A stretch of DNA of 64,000 nt. It comes from a virus. The translations under genes were made by a program, and so were the position numbers. The stretch covers positions 107,567 through 171,566 of the IMG/VR virus record IMGVR_UViG_3300021963_004854, one strand, 5' to 3'. Every line of letters starts with the position of its first letter. Positions within the stretch are counted from its first letter, which is position 1. The notes beneath the pieces were generated by a model, which did not search any database, was not told the DNA's origin, and worked only from the letters and a program-made list of their open reading frames with translations. Positions 24,886 to 34,393 of the stretch are shown piece after piece.

Positions 24886-24966
24886 GCCCCCGTATACCCT
24901 CTGGCTACGAACCAGTGGAAAGGTTAACTGAATTACATGCAGGTTTGAGTCCTGTCGGGGGCTCCA
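24886..24966 (+). tRNA. D-armless tRNA-Arg(ACG)-like RNA
   Basis: GCCCCCG/CGGGGGC acceptor + T + CCA; CTGG-CTACGAA-CCAG; T-arm GCAGG-TTTGAGT-CCTGT; no D hairpin. Confidence 0.65.
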
Positions 24967-24988
24967 TTCTCAACGAAGGAAAAATAAT

Positions 24989-25168
24989 ATGAATATCAAA
25001 ACTTACATGGCTCTAGCAGTTGCCGCTCTTACTGCCGCTTGCGCTCCAGCTTCGGAAAAACCATCGGTTGCAGAAGCCGCTGGTCCAGCCGCAGAAGAAG
25101 CACTTGCTACAGCAAATGCAACAGAAGCAGTAGAGCCTGCTCTTGGTGAAAATGAAAAGCCAAAGTAA
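24989..25168 (+). CDS. Small Ala/Glu-rich lipoprotein (59 aa, not in ORF track)
   Basis: MNIKTYMALAVAALTAAC lipobox; AAGGA RBS. Confidence 0.75.
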   Translation: MNIKTYMALAVAALTAACAPASEKPSVAEAAGPAAEEALATANATEAVEPALGENEKPK

Positions 25169-25178
25169 TTAAAAGTTT

Positions 25179-25255
<77 letters not shown>

Positions 25256-25261
25256 GTTTTT

Positions 25262-25336
25262 GTCGGTGTGTTGTAACGGTAACATGCAGGTCTCCAAAAC
25301 CTTGCGATCCGGGTTCGAATCCTGGCACCCTCGCCA
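25262..25336 (+). tRNA. tRNA-Trp(CCA), mismatched acceptor stem
   Basis: AGGT-CTCCAAA-ACCT, G73, CCA; pairs 2:71 and 3:70 mismatched. Confidence 0.8.
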
Positions 25337-25354
25337 TTTTATGACAGGTGACTT

Positions 25355-25795
25355 ATGTATGATAAAGCAAGAGAAGCAATTCTAAACTCTAGTGAAACGT
25401 CATCTGTTTATATCGGTGCCGATTCTATTAGGTTCAAGCGTAAAGACGGTCATTGGTATGCTAAGTATTCTACCGTCATTATTCTTCATATGGATTCTAA
25501 GCACGGTGCTAGAATTTTTCATAAAAACATTGAAATGCGTGACTTTGGTAACTTACGCCAACGTCTAATAGCGGAAGTTGGATTTGCTATCGAAGCCGCA
25601 ACGGCAATACTTGACGTTTTGGGTGAAAGAAAGTTGGAAATTCATCTTGACATTAACCCAAATCCAAAGTATAAGAGTAATGTAGCCGTGAAAGAAGCAC
25701 TCGGCTACGTTAAAGGAACTCTTGGTATTGATGCTAAGATCAAGCCAGAGTCCTTCGCTGCAACACATGCGGCGGACCACGTTGTGCGGGGTTAG
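25355..25795 (+). CDS. RNase H-like YkuK-family protein
   Basis: YIGADS, RL..EV, LEIHLDIN...KSN, IKP.SFAA...AD. Confidence 0.85.
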   Translation: MYDKAREAILNSSETSSVYIGADSIRFKRKDGHWYAKYSTVIILHMDSKHGARIFHKNIEMRDFGNLRQRLIAEVGFAIEAATAILDVLGERKLEIHLDINPNPKYKSNVAVKEALGYVKGTLGIDAKIKPESFAATHAADHVVRG

Positions 25796-25861
25796 CTCAG
25801 TTGGTAGAGCGTCTGCTTTACACGCAGAATGTCGGCGGTTCGAGCCCGTCACTCCGTACCA
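25786..25861 (+). tRNA. tRNA-Val(TAC)
   Basis: Cloverleaf, CCA; overlaps the last 10 nt of the upstream CDS. Confidence 0.95.
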
Positions 25862-25900
25862 TATATTATGATAGTATTAACAACAAAAGGTAAAACTTAT

Positions 25901-26419
25901 ATGAAAAACTTTATGATCGCAGCCGCTCTTGGCACTGCCGCTCTCGCAACTCCTGCATTTGCTGGTGACTTTTCTGGTCCACGACTAGAAGCCACTGCTG
26001 GTGCCGATGATGTTACACGGGGCGTTGATCCTACCGACGTAACTTATGGCGCAGGCCTTGGTTACGACCTACAGTTCGGTAAGATTGTAGTTGGTGCAGA
26101 AGCAACCGCATCAAACGTATTTGAACGTGCAGACCTCGGTGCTGCCGCTCGTCTTGGTTATGTTTTGAACGATAACGTTCTCGCTTACACTCGCGTTGGT
26201 TATGCTAATCTTGAGCGTCCTCAGACTTGCACACCCGGTGTTGGAACTCGTCCAGCAGTTTGCCGTAATACTGCAAACTTGGAAGGTCTAGCCCTTGGTG
26301 GTGGTCTTGAAGTGAACCTTCTTGGACCAGTTTATACTAAGGTAGAATACCGCTATACCGACTTTGAAGGTCGCGTTGGCAAGCATAATGGTCTTGTTGG
26401 TGTAGGAATTCGTTTCTAA
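25901..26419 (+). CDS. Outer-membrane beta-barrel protein (Omp25/31-like)
   Basis: Signal peptide ending PAFA, F.GPR.E, ARLGY, KVEYRY, terminal GIRF. Confidence 0.88.
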   Translation: MKNFMIAAALGTAALATPAFAGDFSGPRLEATAGADDVTRGVDPTDVTYGAGLGYDLQFGKIVVGAEATASNVFERADLGAAARLGYVLNDNVLAYTRVGYANLERPQTCTPGVGTRPAVCRNTANLEGLALGGGLEVNLLGPVYTKVEYRYTDFEGRVGKHNGLVGVGIRF

Positions 26420-26489
26420 TCCAACCCTATTAAACTTCCTGGGTATGAAGTAAACTGCCCATTTTACATTTAACTTGGAAACTTCAAGC

Positions 26490-27032
26490 ATGTTCATAAC
26501 AGATGTTTTTTCGGAAGAAGAGCTAGAAAGAATTCACGCTGATCTAGACAGTGAGTTGGAAAAAGATGGCTGGCATAGTTGGTCGAGAGCCAAACTTAAT
26601 GTAGCACAAGCATCTAGCGTCGAAAAAACATCCGAATATCCCCATGAACAGGGCGACATTACATTTAAGTATATTAATGGCGATATGAAAAATCTTATTC
26701 GCCAGAAACTAATTGAAATCGACCCTAACATTAGGGGATATGATTTCACCGCTTTCTATCAGATTTGGGATGTTGGTGCTGCTACTGGAATGCATGATGA
26801 CAGTAGGTATATGTTCAATGCAACGTTCTATCTGAATAAAGATTGGCTGCCAGACGATGGTGGTCTGTATGTGTATCTAGATGATGAGTATAAAGTGTTT
26901 GTTCCTAAATACAACTCTTGTGCATTTATCAATAAATCAAAATTAGAACCACATCTGGTTACCCCGATAACAACTAATGCGAGAGAAAAGCGTTATACTA
27001 TTCACTGTAAAGGCATAATTATTGAAAGTTAG
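26490..27032 (+). CDS. 2OG-Fe(II) oxygenase (prolyl-hydroxylase-like)
   Basis: HDD, FYLN.DW...GG, H.V, R.T. Confidence 0.85.
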   Translation: MFITDVFSEEELERIHADLDSELEKDGWHSWSRAKLNVAQASSVEKTSEYPHEQGDITFKYINGDMKNLIRQKLIEIDPNIRGYDFTAFYQIWDVGAATGMHDDSRYMFNATFYLNKDWLPDDGGLYVYLDDEYKVFVPKYNSCAFINKSKLEPHLVTPITTNAREKRYTIHCKGIIIES

Positions 27033-27759
27033 GTTTCCATAGAAACTTATCCGGATGACCGTGAAGGATTAAATCATCCGCATGAATAAATCTAATTGTC
27101 ATACAAAGTCTAGTATTTTGCTTTACCCTAGAAACTCCGTGATATGTTCCGGTGCCTTGGATAATTAATGCGTCATTTGCATTCGGTGAATATCTAAATT
27201 CGCCATCATACTTATCGTGCGCCCAGAAATCTCCACCATTACCACCATTGGCATAATATGTAAAGCTGTGGACCTGATTGATTTCGGTATCGATAACTTG
27301 ATCGTCGGCATCTAGATGTGCCTCAAGATTCTCACCTTCTGGTAAGATATTGATGATTCCTCTAAATGGAATCCAGTTTCTATCGCCATTGAAAGGTTCT
27401 GCTTTTCTAGCAGATTGAATCATCAATCGACATACTGGGTCTAAGTTTTTATTGAGATATTGTTCCGACCAGTCCGTGATAGTGTCGTTTGTCTGGTGAA
27501 AATATTCTGGAATTTGTGATAGTGACCACAGAATTTGATATGCGCGGTATGTAGAAAGTCCGCATAATTTTACATTTTCACCATGAAGAACAAAACTTCT
27601 TTGTTCGTCTAGATTTTGTTTCCATTTACCTTGTGTTCGATGATGAATATAGTTATTAATACTAATTCTAGTATCTTCATCTAGATAATCATTATAAACC
27701 CAGATTTTGGAGGGCAAATACATGCCCTCCATTTCTGTTTGTAGAACCAACTCGGTCAT
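27019..27759 (-). CDS. 2OG-Fe(II) oxygenase
   Basis: HLD, GGDF, YHGV, R. Confidence 0.8.
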   Translation of the reverse strand: MTELVLQTEMEGMYLPSKIWVYNDYLDEDTRISINNYIHHRTQGKWKQNLDEQRSFVLHGENVKLCGLSTYRAYQILWSLSQIPEYFHQTNDTITDWSEQYLNKNLDPVCRLMIQSARKAEPFNGDRNWIPFRGIINILPEGENLEAHLDADDQVIDTEINQVHSFTYYANGGNGGDFWAHDKYDGEFRYSPNANDALIIQGTGTYHGVSRVKQNTRLCMTIRFIHADDLILHGHPDKFLWKPNFQ

Positions 27760-27761
27760 AA

Positions 27762-29468
27762 TTACTTAATCGCTGCACCTCTCCATGCCGCGAAATATGA
27801 CTGACTGTTGATATTTTCTAACGCCGACGCAATATCGGTATTATAATCATAGCTGGCATCGCGAGAAGGGTCTGTTGCAAAGAAGAACAGATTTGGAGAA
27901 ATTGCTTCACCGACTGTTGTGGTTTGCTTGACTTTGAACTTAACAATTTCTAGTGTCTGACCTTCAGGCAGTGCTTCCATTGGCTTAGATACTGTGAATG
28001 TTCCTGTTTCAGAATTTAGAGCGATATATTGCTCATACTTTGCCTGAATTTCTGCATTCTCCCAAACTAAAGCATATTCACCCGCTGCACCAAAGATATC
28101 TGTAGTAGAACCAAATGCCAGGTTGTTAATATCACCGTCAATCGTTTCTACCGCTTCACTGAATATGCCAATATAGAAGTCTAGATCGCCATAGGTTGTA
28201 ATTTCTCCGTTACCATCAATCAAGTGAACAATCTTATTTTGGGCGCTGGAGAATTTATTATTGTCTACGAGAAGAACACCCTTAGTTGTGTCTGCAACCA
28301 GAAGATCTAAAATAGTTTCTGGCGTTAGTGGCGACGGTGCTACCGATAAAAGAGCGGTTGTAGAACCAGTAACGAATCCAGCAGAAATAGAAGTACCATC
28401 TGACTTGACGTATTGACCAGAGATATCTGCCACTGTTACTTGCACACCTGGCGCGAACATGTCAATAACTTGACCGAAGTTCGTTGTAATACCTTGTGAA
28501 GTTGAGAAGTTATTGAAACCTGCTGCAATATCGTCGCTATCGGATGCGGCAACAGTAATAACATTTGCCATACCAGCAGGCGAATAGTTTGCAACATCAC
28601 CACCAAAGTTACCAGCAGCGGCAACAACAGTGATGCCCGAATTAATCAGACTTTGAATTTTTTGCTCCAGATAGAAACTCTTTGGTACTAACCAAGAGCA
28701 ATTTACTACCTTTGGAACTGCTGGTGTATTTTGATGGTGAACAAGAATAGCATCGATGGCTGCACCAAGATCTAGTAGAGTTGGCTTTTGTCCAGTATCA
28801 AATGTCTTGACGTTCATTAGTTTTGCATATTGCTGTAGACCTACGTTTTTACCTACGGCGGCGGATGCAATTGCAGTACCGTGACCTAGATTGTCTGCGA
28901 AGTTTGCAAAACTGTTTAACTTGAAAAAGTCTTCCGTTTCTAAATCGGCGTGATCAAATTCTTCATGGCTGAAATTGATACCCGAGTCGATTACAAAAAT
29001 TTCAGGCTTTGTTTTATAGTCTGAATTAATCTTTTCAAATGTTGTTGGGAATGGACGATAGCGTGAAGAAATTCTAATTCTTGCCCATTGCGCATCGGGT
29101 GCAGAAAGGTCAGTTGTTTCGCCAGTTAGCGCACTCATCAATTTTACTGGAGCATCTGCTGGGTCCATTTTGCCACCAACTAAGTCATAAAGCGCAAGAG
29201 GGTCAGAAGTCTTTACGATATATGTGTTATCGCCTAAATCGTCATCGACTGTTACCGTCTCTAATACTGCCGCGTCATCGGTGTTGATGATAACTGATAC
29301 TTCACCAGTACCGTCAAGAGCAATATCTTCCACGCTCGTATCAGCCTTGGCCACACTAAGAAGTGCTAATGGAATATAAATAGTTTCTGATTCAGAAACC
29401 GGTAAACCGCACTTTTCTGCAAAAACATTTCTGCTCTCAATAGTAGAGAAGGTTAATTGGTATTGCAT
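27762..29468 (-). CDS. S8 subtilisin-like serine protease (late gene)
   Basis: VIDSG, GHGT, AAAGN, GTS; minus-strand TATAAATA at 29510-29517. Confidence 0.9.
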   Translation of the reverse strand: MQYQLTFSTIESRNVFAEKCGLPVSESETIYIPLALLSVAKADTSVEDIALDGTGEVSVIINTDDAAVLETVTVDDDLGDNTYIVKTSDPLALYDLVGGKMDPADAPVKLMSALTGETTDLSAPDAQWARIRISSRYRPFPTTFEKINSDYKTKPEIFVIDSGINFSHEEFDHADLETEDFFKLNSFANFADNLGHGTAIASAAVGKNVGLQQYAKLMNVKTFDTGQKPTLLDLGAAIDAILVHHQNTPAVPKVVNCSWLVPKSFYLEQKIQSLINSGITVVAAAGNFGGDVANYSPAGMANVITVAASDSDDIAAGFNNFSTSQGITTNFGQVIDMFAPGVQVTVADISGQYVKSDGTSISAGFVTGSTTALLSVAPSPLTPETILDLLVADTTKGVLLVDNNKFSSAQNKIVHLIDGNGEITTYGDLDFYIGIFSEAVETIDGDINNLAFGSTTDIFGAAGEYALVWENAEIQAKYEQYIALNSETGTFTVSKPMEALPEGQTLEIVKFKVKQTTTVGEAISPNLFFFATDPSRDASYDYNTDIASALENINSQSYFAAWRGAAIK

Positions 29469-29527
29469 TGATATAATCCTATCTGAGATTAACAAGGTAA
29501 ATTCTGTTATATTTATAAAGGCACGCT

Positions 29528-30250
29528 ATGCTAGTTCATGTTATAAGCAATTTAGATTTGAAGTTCCACGAATTTACTCCAATAGAAGATGAAGTTATTC
29601 CTGATGGCACAGACTTAGTAATTTTTTGCGGCGGATTTTCAAATAGAATGAAACGTTCATTGCTATATTGTGAAACATTGATACAGAAATACCCCGATGT
29701 TAAATTTATAATGAACATGGCACCCATCGACCATTATATGGAAGTACCAGACATTTTATATAGCGCAATGCGAGTTCGCTATGAAAATAGTCCGCTAAGA
29801 AATTTACATTACTCCAAAGAGCCATTTCAAACTAACGATTACGACATTCTAACGTTGGTGGGTTGGCCAAAAGTAAATCAAGTTCCCGAAAAATTAGAAA
29901 AGGTTTTTGGCACTCCACGCCCGCGATATCTAAAAGATGGCGAATGCTGTAATACTCAATTTAGGTATTTTGTTTCGTTGGAAGAGATGAATGCATTTTA
30001 TCAGCAAGAACGACATATGTTAGAAGAATGGTTAGCAACCGATTCCGGTAAACAAAAAATATTAGTAACAGGCACCGCGCCCCTAAATGACCCGTATGCA
30101 GGCGAATACAAATTATATGAAGATTTGAATCTATCTGATATTATTTGGATTCATGGTGGGAATGAAATCTATGATAAGACTGAGAACGATACTAGATTAA
30201 TCTGCAATCCAGGCAGAGGATTGTCTAGAAGCAATACATTTATCGTATAG
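29528..30250 (+). CDS. Degenerate metallophosphoesterase-fold protein
   Basis: VISNL, DLVIFCGG, WIHG, RLICNPGRG; several metal ligands altered. Confidence 0.55.
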   Translation: MLVHVISNLDLKFHEFTPIEDEVIPDGTDLVIFCGGFSNRMKRSLLYCETLIQKYPDVKFIMNMAPIDHYMEVPDILYSAMRVRYENSPLRNLHYSKEPFQTNDYDILTLVGWPKVNQVPEKLEKVFGTPRPRYLKDGECCNTQFRYFVSLEEMNAFYQQERHMLEEWLATDSGKQKILVTGTAPLNDPYAGEYKLYEDLNLSDIIWIHGGNEIYDKTENDTRLICNPGRGLSRSNTFIV

Positions 30251-31192
30251 CGCATTTAACGCTATTTTCTGTTCGTTAGTTGTTTCAAATCTATTGATGT
30301 TTGGCGTGGGATTTTTTAGACGTAGGGGAAATCTAAATCTCTTTTCAAATGCCCAACCATCACCGCCGGTGAGGTCTTTAATCTTCTCCTTCACTTGCTC
30401 AAACCCAGTAAATTTTGTCTCTTGTGGGATTATCTCGAACCCTGCAGCCCTATAACCAGAGAATTTAGTTTTATATCGGTCAGACACAATATTATCATAA
30501 TTGGTCACGTTTGCCAGCAAATTAATCGTTGTGGTATCTAATAGACTAGATTTTTCTAAGTGGCAACTAAACGCAATCGAAAACTTCCAATGATACGATA
30601 GAAAATCTCCCATGACGTAAAATCCGGATCTTTCGGAAAAACTCCGCCAATCGTTTTGTTCTTTAGTTGTGGGATAAAACCAGCCATCAAAGGTATTGAT
30701 TAAAGTATTGCCTCCACATACCGCAGAAGTATATCCCATTTCTTGTAGTTTCTCAAATAGTATAAAATGAGTTGCAAATTGTGGACTACTAACATCATAT
30801 TTATTGGCAAATTCAATTAAGTTTCTACTAAGAAATTGAATTACATCTACGTCAATAAACTTATAAGATACTTTTCTGGCATCACAAAATTCTACGGCAG
30901 TTTTAATGTCATGCCAATTCAGGTCATCAGGAAATCTCATTATGATAATATCAAAAGAAACTCCTGCTCGAATAAAGCAATCAACCATAACTTGACTATC
31001 TATTCCGCCGCTTAGACAGACTGCCGGATTTGTTCCTAAATTTGGCAATAGAGTATTTACCGCATCAATGGAATAATCCCAGATGATATTTGGTTCTATC
31101 GAATCTATTTGTTCAGGAGTAAGATTTAATTTCCATACCATAGCATCATCATTGACACTGGATGTTATCCAATCATCATAGAATTTTGGCAT
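30197..31192 (-). CDS. PP-loop (asparagine-synthase-like) ATP-utilising enzyme
   Basis: CLSGGIDSQ; KFTGFE. Confidence 0.65.
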   Translation of the reverse strand: MPKFYDDWITSSVNDDAMVWKLNLTPEQIDSIEPNIIWDYSIDAVNTLLPNLGTNPAVCLSGGIDSQVMVDCFIRAGVSFDIIIMRFPDDLNWHDIKTAVEFCDARKVSYKFIDVDVIQFLSRNLIEFANKYDVSSPQFATHFILFEKLQEMGYTSAVCGGNTLINTFDGWFYPTTKEQNDWRSFSERSGFYVMGDFLSYHWKFSIAFSCHLEKSSLLDTTTINLLANVTNYDNIVSDRYKTKFSGYRAAGFEIIPQETKFTGFEQVKEKIKDLTGGDGWAFEKRFRFPLRLKNPTPNINRFETTNEQKIALNALYDKCIASRQSSAWIAD

Positions 31193-31805
31193 TGTTTGCT
31201 ACTTGCTGTATGCTATTATCGGTTGCCATGATGTTCATAACGAACATGATAGAATTGTCTACGAAGGAAAAGACAGAATGCTCCTTTGTTGTATTAACAA
31301 AGTATGCTCTACCAATTTCAAAGTTTAAAATTTTATCTTCCTGTATCCATTTAACTTGATGTTTACCGAAATTATGCAATGGAACAATTATTCTAAAGGT
31401 GTTACTGGGTAAAGATGTGCCATTATCACGATGCGGAGGGAAAAATCCGCCACGGTCTAACCGGAGAAAGTGGCATCGACCACAATCATTACCAAACAAA
31501 TTAAGAATTCTTTCCAGGTCGGGATAACGAGAAACAATGCTTGTTCTCTTATTGAAATCGGCTTCTGTAAACGTTGTGCCATTAATTCTATTATATTCTC
31601 GAAGCGAATCTAAATCTGGAATTCCGGAGAATCCACCATCCGCACTAGTAACAGAAAGTCCGTATCTGTTATATCCATCTTTACGCGGATTATATTGCAC
31701 CCAGCCTGGATGAGTTATCAATTTCTCTGGGTCTTCCAGATTCCATTGATAATCGAGTTCTATAACATCACCAAAATTTGAAACTAAGTCTGTGATACTA
31801 GCCAT
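31176..31805 (-). CDS. Asp/Asn beta-hydroxylase-like 2OG oxygenase
   Basis: W.QYNPRK, GG.FPPHRD, NT.K.H. Confidence 0.75.
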   Translation of the reverse strand: MASITDLVSNFGDVIELDYQWNLEDPEKLITHPGWVQYNPRKDGYNRYGLSVTSADGGFSGIPDLDSLREYNRINGTTFTEADFNKRTSIVSRYPDLERILNLFGNDCGRCHFLRLDRGGFFPPHRDNGTSLPSNTFRIIVPLHNFGKHQVKWIQEDKILNFEIGRAYFVNTTKEHSVFSFVDNSIMFVMNIMATDNSIQQVANNAKIL

Positions 31806-32412
31806 TGATTATCCTAAGATATTTGATGTTATCAATCTTTTCTTCCACTGATATTGCGGGTGTTGTCTTGAACCATATCACAATTGCATATCTTTCACCC
31901 GAAGTTATAGTAGATACTTTATGTAAATATCTCCAATTTGACGGAAAGGTTATCACTTGACCGCTCTTGGGTTTAATCGTCTTGTTGAAGAAGTTGAACG
32001 TCAATTCCCCACCATCATAATCATCATTTAAATATAATATGCAAGTTAAATCTTTGTGGTCTGGTCCTATCTTGATCATATCATCTTCCAGATATTGCCC
32101 GTCAATATGAGTTACATAATGTCCACCTGCTTCGTATTTAACAAACTCTACTACTGATAGTTCACATGGAAGTTTATATGTTTCTTCCAAATAGACCCTG
32201 CATTGGTCTATAACATATTCGACTCGTGTATTGAAGCTAGAATAGTCAATGAATTTGGTGTCACAGATTTTTGTATCGGTAACAGCCGAATTATTTTCTA
32301 TGTGAGTACCTTGTGTGGTAGGCGAGTGTTTGGCATTCTGATATAATACCTCCACTTGTAGTTTGGAGAATATATCCTGATTGATAATGATTTTATTTGA
32401 TTCAAACATCAC
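31798..32412 (-). CDS. 2OG-Fe(II) prolyl-4-hydroxylase-like oxygenase
   Basis: Y..GGHY..HID, LYLNDDYDGGEL, FPS...Y.H.V..ITSG.RY. Confidence 0.9.
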   Translation of the reverse strand: MMFESNKIIINQDIFSKLQVEVLYQNAKHSPTTQGTHIENNSAVTDTKICDTKFIDYSSFNTRVEYVIDQCRVYLEETYKLPCELSVVEFVKYEAGGHYVTHIDGQYLEDDMIKIGPDHKDLTCILYLNDDYDGGELTFNFFNKTIKPKSGQVITFPSNWRYLHKVSTITSGERYAIVIWFKTTPAISVEEKIDNIKYLRIING

Positions 32413-32450
32413 GCGATTCCTAATGCCATAGCGATATTATATATAACCAT

Positions 32451-32900
32451 ATGGTAATAGAAATTTCATTTGAACAAATCGTTCCGTTCTGGCAACGTCT
32501 TTGGCCATGGGGCAGCGAACAAACATTAGAGCCACATAGCTGCATGAGATATGGCGGTGGTTATTTTGGATTAGATTATATTCCGGATATTACATATTTT
32601 GCGCTGCTAGTGGATGATGAAATTGTCGGCGTAAATAGCGGACATACCACGCCAGATAATCTTTATCGAAGTCGCGGACTATGGATAGAACCCGAATATA
32701 GAGGCAAAGGTTTAGGTGTCCCGTTGCTAACTGCTAGTGTCACTAAAGCCAGACAACTAAATTGTGAGGGTATATGGAGTTTTCCTCGTGATACAAGTCG
32801 CAAAACATATGAAGCAGCCGGTTTCATCATAACAAGCGACTGGATAATTTCCGACCATAACATCAAAAATGCATATTGCTTCCAAAAAACTATTGATTAA
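32451..32900 (+). CDS. GNAT acetyltransferase
   Basis: RSRGLWI.PEYRGKGLG, Y...GF. Confidence 0.88.
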   Translation: MVIEISFEQIVPFWQRLWPWGSEQTLEPHSCMRYGGGYFGLDYIPDITYFALLVDDEIVGVNSGHTTPDNLYRSRGLWIEPEYRGKGLGVPLLTASVTKARQLNCEGIWSFPRDTSRKTYEAAGFIITSDWIISDHNIKNAYCFQKTID

Positions 32901-32954
32901 TGTTCGATAATAGCGTATATTAAATCAACAACTTAACAGTAACGAAAGAATACC

Positions 32955-33272
32955 ATGCCAGTATATGATCTAATGAACGTAGAAACAGGTGAAGAGTGGG
33001 AAGAAAAAATGTCTTACGAAGACATGAAGGAGCTTACCGCAGATGGCACGATACGAATGGTTTACAAGAAAGTAAACTTTGTTCACGCCACCGGTTCGGA
33101 TGGCGGCGGTAAGGTGCCAGACCATTTCAAGGAAGTTATGTCCAAGATTGCAGAAGCCAATCCTACTAGTCCCTTAGCACAGGAATATGGTAAGAAAGAC
33201 CACAAAACAATCAAGACCCGCGATGCTGTCGATAAAGCCCGGAAGAAAGCCGGTGGTTCTCTTATAGGGTAA
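32955..33272 (+). CDS. FmdB-like small protein of T4-like phages
   Basis: MP.Y....ETGE..E..MS, F.EV.SKI. Confidence 0.65.
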   Translation: MPVYDLMNVETGEEWEEKMSYEDMKELTADGTIRMVYKKVNFVHATGSDGGGKVPDHFKEVMSKIAEANPTSPLAQEYGKKDHKTIKTRDAVDKARKKAGGSLIG

Positions 33273-33280
33273 AATACCGC

Positions 33281-33341
33281 TTGACATTTCTGACGAATCT
33301 GCTAGGATGTAAGAGTAGTCAGAAAGAGAAAGTGATTCGTT
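33281..33341 (+). promoter_or_regulatory. Early promoter cassette (GANTC family)
   Basis: TTGACA 33281, CGAATC 33294, TAGGAT 33303, TGATTCG 33333. Confidence 0.85.
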
Positions 33342-33677
33342 ATGATTAAGGTTTACCAGTTCCAGCTTACCGATGCCGAAATCGACGCCATCAACCGTGG
33401 CGAAGAAAGCGAAAAGTTCACCGCGTATTTCGGTCGTTCGTTTGAACGCACCTTCAAGCCTGAGTCCTTCGAGTATTACACTCACGTTGCTAACGTTGAT
33501 GTTGATGGCTTTGAACAGGCCTTCAATGTGATGAACCGCTGGGAAGATGATGAGAACTTCAATCGGCTTGAACGCCTCGTTCCCTGTTCTTCCATGTCGG
33601 TTGGTGATATCGTTGCCGACCATGACGGCACCCTCTATCGTTGTGCCTCTTTCGGGTTTGCCAAACTTACCGCTTGA
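33342..33677 (+). CDS. Early hypothetical protein (YodL-like SMSVGDIV motif)
   Basis: Follows a cassette; stop lies in the next -35 box. Confidence 0.75.
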   Translation: MIKVYQFQLTDAEIDAINRGEESEKFTAYFGRSFERTFKPESFEYYTHVANVDVDGFEQAFNVMNRWEDDENFNRLERLVPCSSMSVGDIVADHDGTLYRCASFGFAKLTA

Positions 33678-33737
33678 CATTTGGCACGGTTGTGCTATTA
33701 TAAAATGTAAGTTGAAAAGAGAAAGTGATTCGTTATG
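33669..33737 (+). repeat. Early promoter cassette, near-identical to 49752-49820
   Basis: ACCGCTTGACATTT..TGCTATTATAAAATGTAAGTTGAAAAGAGAAAGTGATTCGTTATG. Confidence 0.85.
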
Positions 33738-33881
33738 AAGTATGCCCTGATGATTGCCGGTCTGATTGTGATGTGTGTTCCTGAGACGGCTGGTTTCCTT
33801 CGTTTCATCCTACAGGGTGGACTCGGTTTGATGATGTTCCTCGCTGGTTGGGCTTTGGCTATGGAAGAAGCAAAATGCTAG
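33735..33881 (+). CDS. Small membrane protein (48 aa, not in ORF track)
   Basis: MKYALMIAGLIVMCVPE...EEAKC*, directly after a cassette. Confidence 0.65.
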   Translation: MKYALMIAGLIVMCVPETAGFLRFILQGGLGLMMFLAGWALAMEEAKC

Positions 33882-34081
33882 AGATTATAAAATGGTTAGG
33901 CACCGCGTGTGTCATCGTCGCTGCCACCTGTCGGGCGTTTGAGTTCCACACCGTAGACCTCGTTCTGTCCATTATCGGTGCCGCCGCATGGGGTTATGCT
34001 GCATATAAGATGCAGGATAAACCTCTCATGGTTGTGAATGGTTTCATTACCGCTATTCTTCTGTATGGAGTTATGAAATGA
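33875..34081 (+). CDS. Small membrane protein
   Basis: IKWLGT, hydrophobic helices. Confidence 0.7.
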   Translation: MLEIIKWLGTACVIVAATCRAFEFHTVDLVLSIIGAAAWGYAAYKMQDKPLMVVNGFITAILLYGVMK

Positions 34082-34290
34082 GTTATTGGCTTTTAGTATT
34101 CCTGTTCACGCCAGAAGGTGAGTTCTTGGCTAAGGACGTTTATGAGACTGCGAGCAAGGAGCAATGCGTTGCCTTTGCTGGTGATGTGGCAAAGACTTTG
34201 GTCAATAGCAAACTTCAAGCACAGTTCCATTGTGTGAGTGACGACCACTACATGGGTCGTAAGCAGGATGAAGGTGTAGACTATGACTAA
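34078..34290 (+). CDS. Hypothetical protein
   Basis: ATGA-coupled. Confidence 0.65.
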   Translation: MSYWLLVFLFTPEGEFLAKDVYETASKEQCVAFAGDVAKTLVNSKLQAQFHCVSDDHYMGRKQDEGVDYD

Positions 34291-34393
34291 TCATCCTCGC
34301 CAACGAGAAATGTGGAATGGATTGACCGGCTCTGGCTGTTTAGGTATTTTGATTTTGCTTGCTGTGATAACTTTGATTTGGAGTGTCGGTTGA

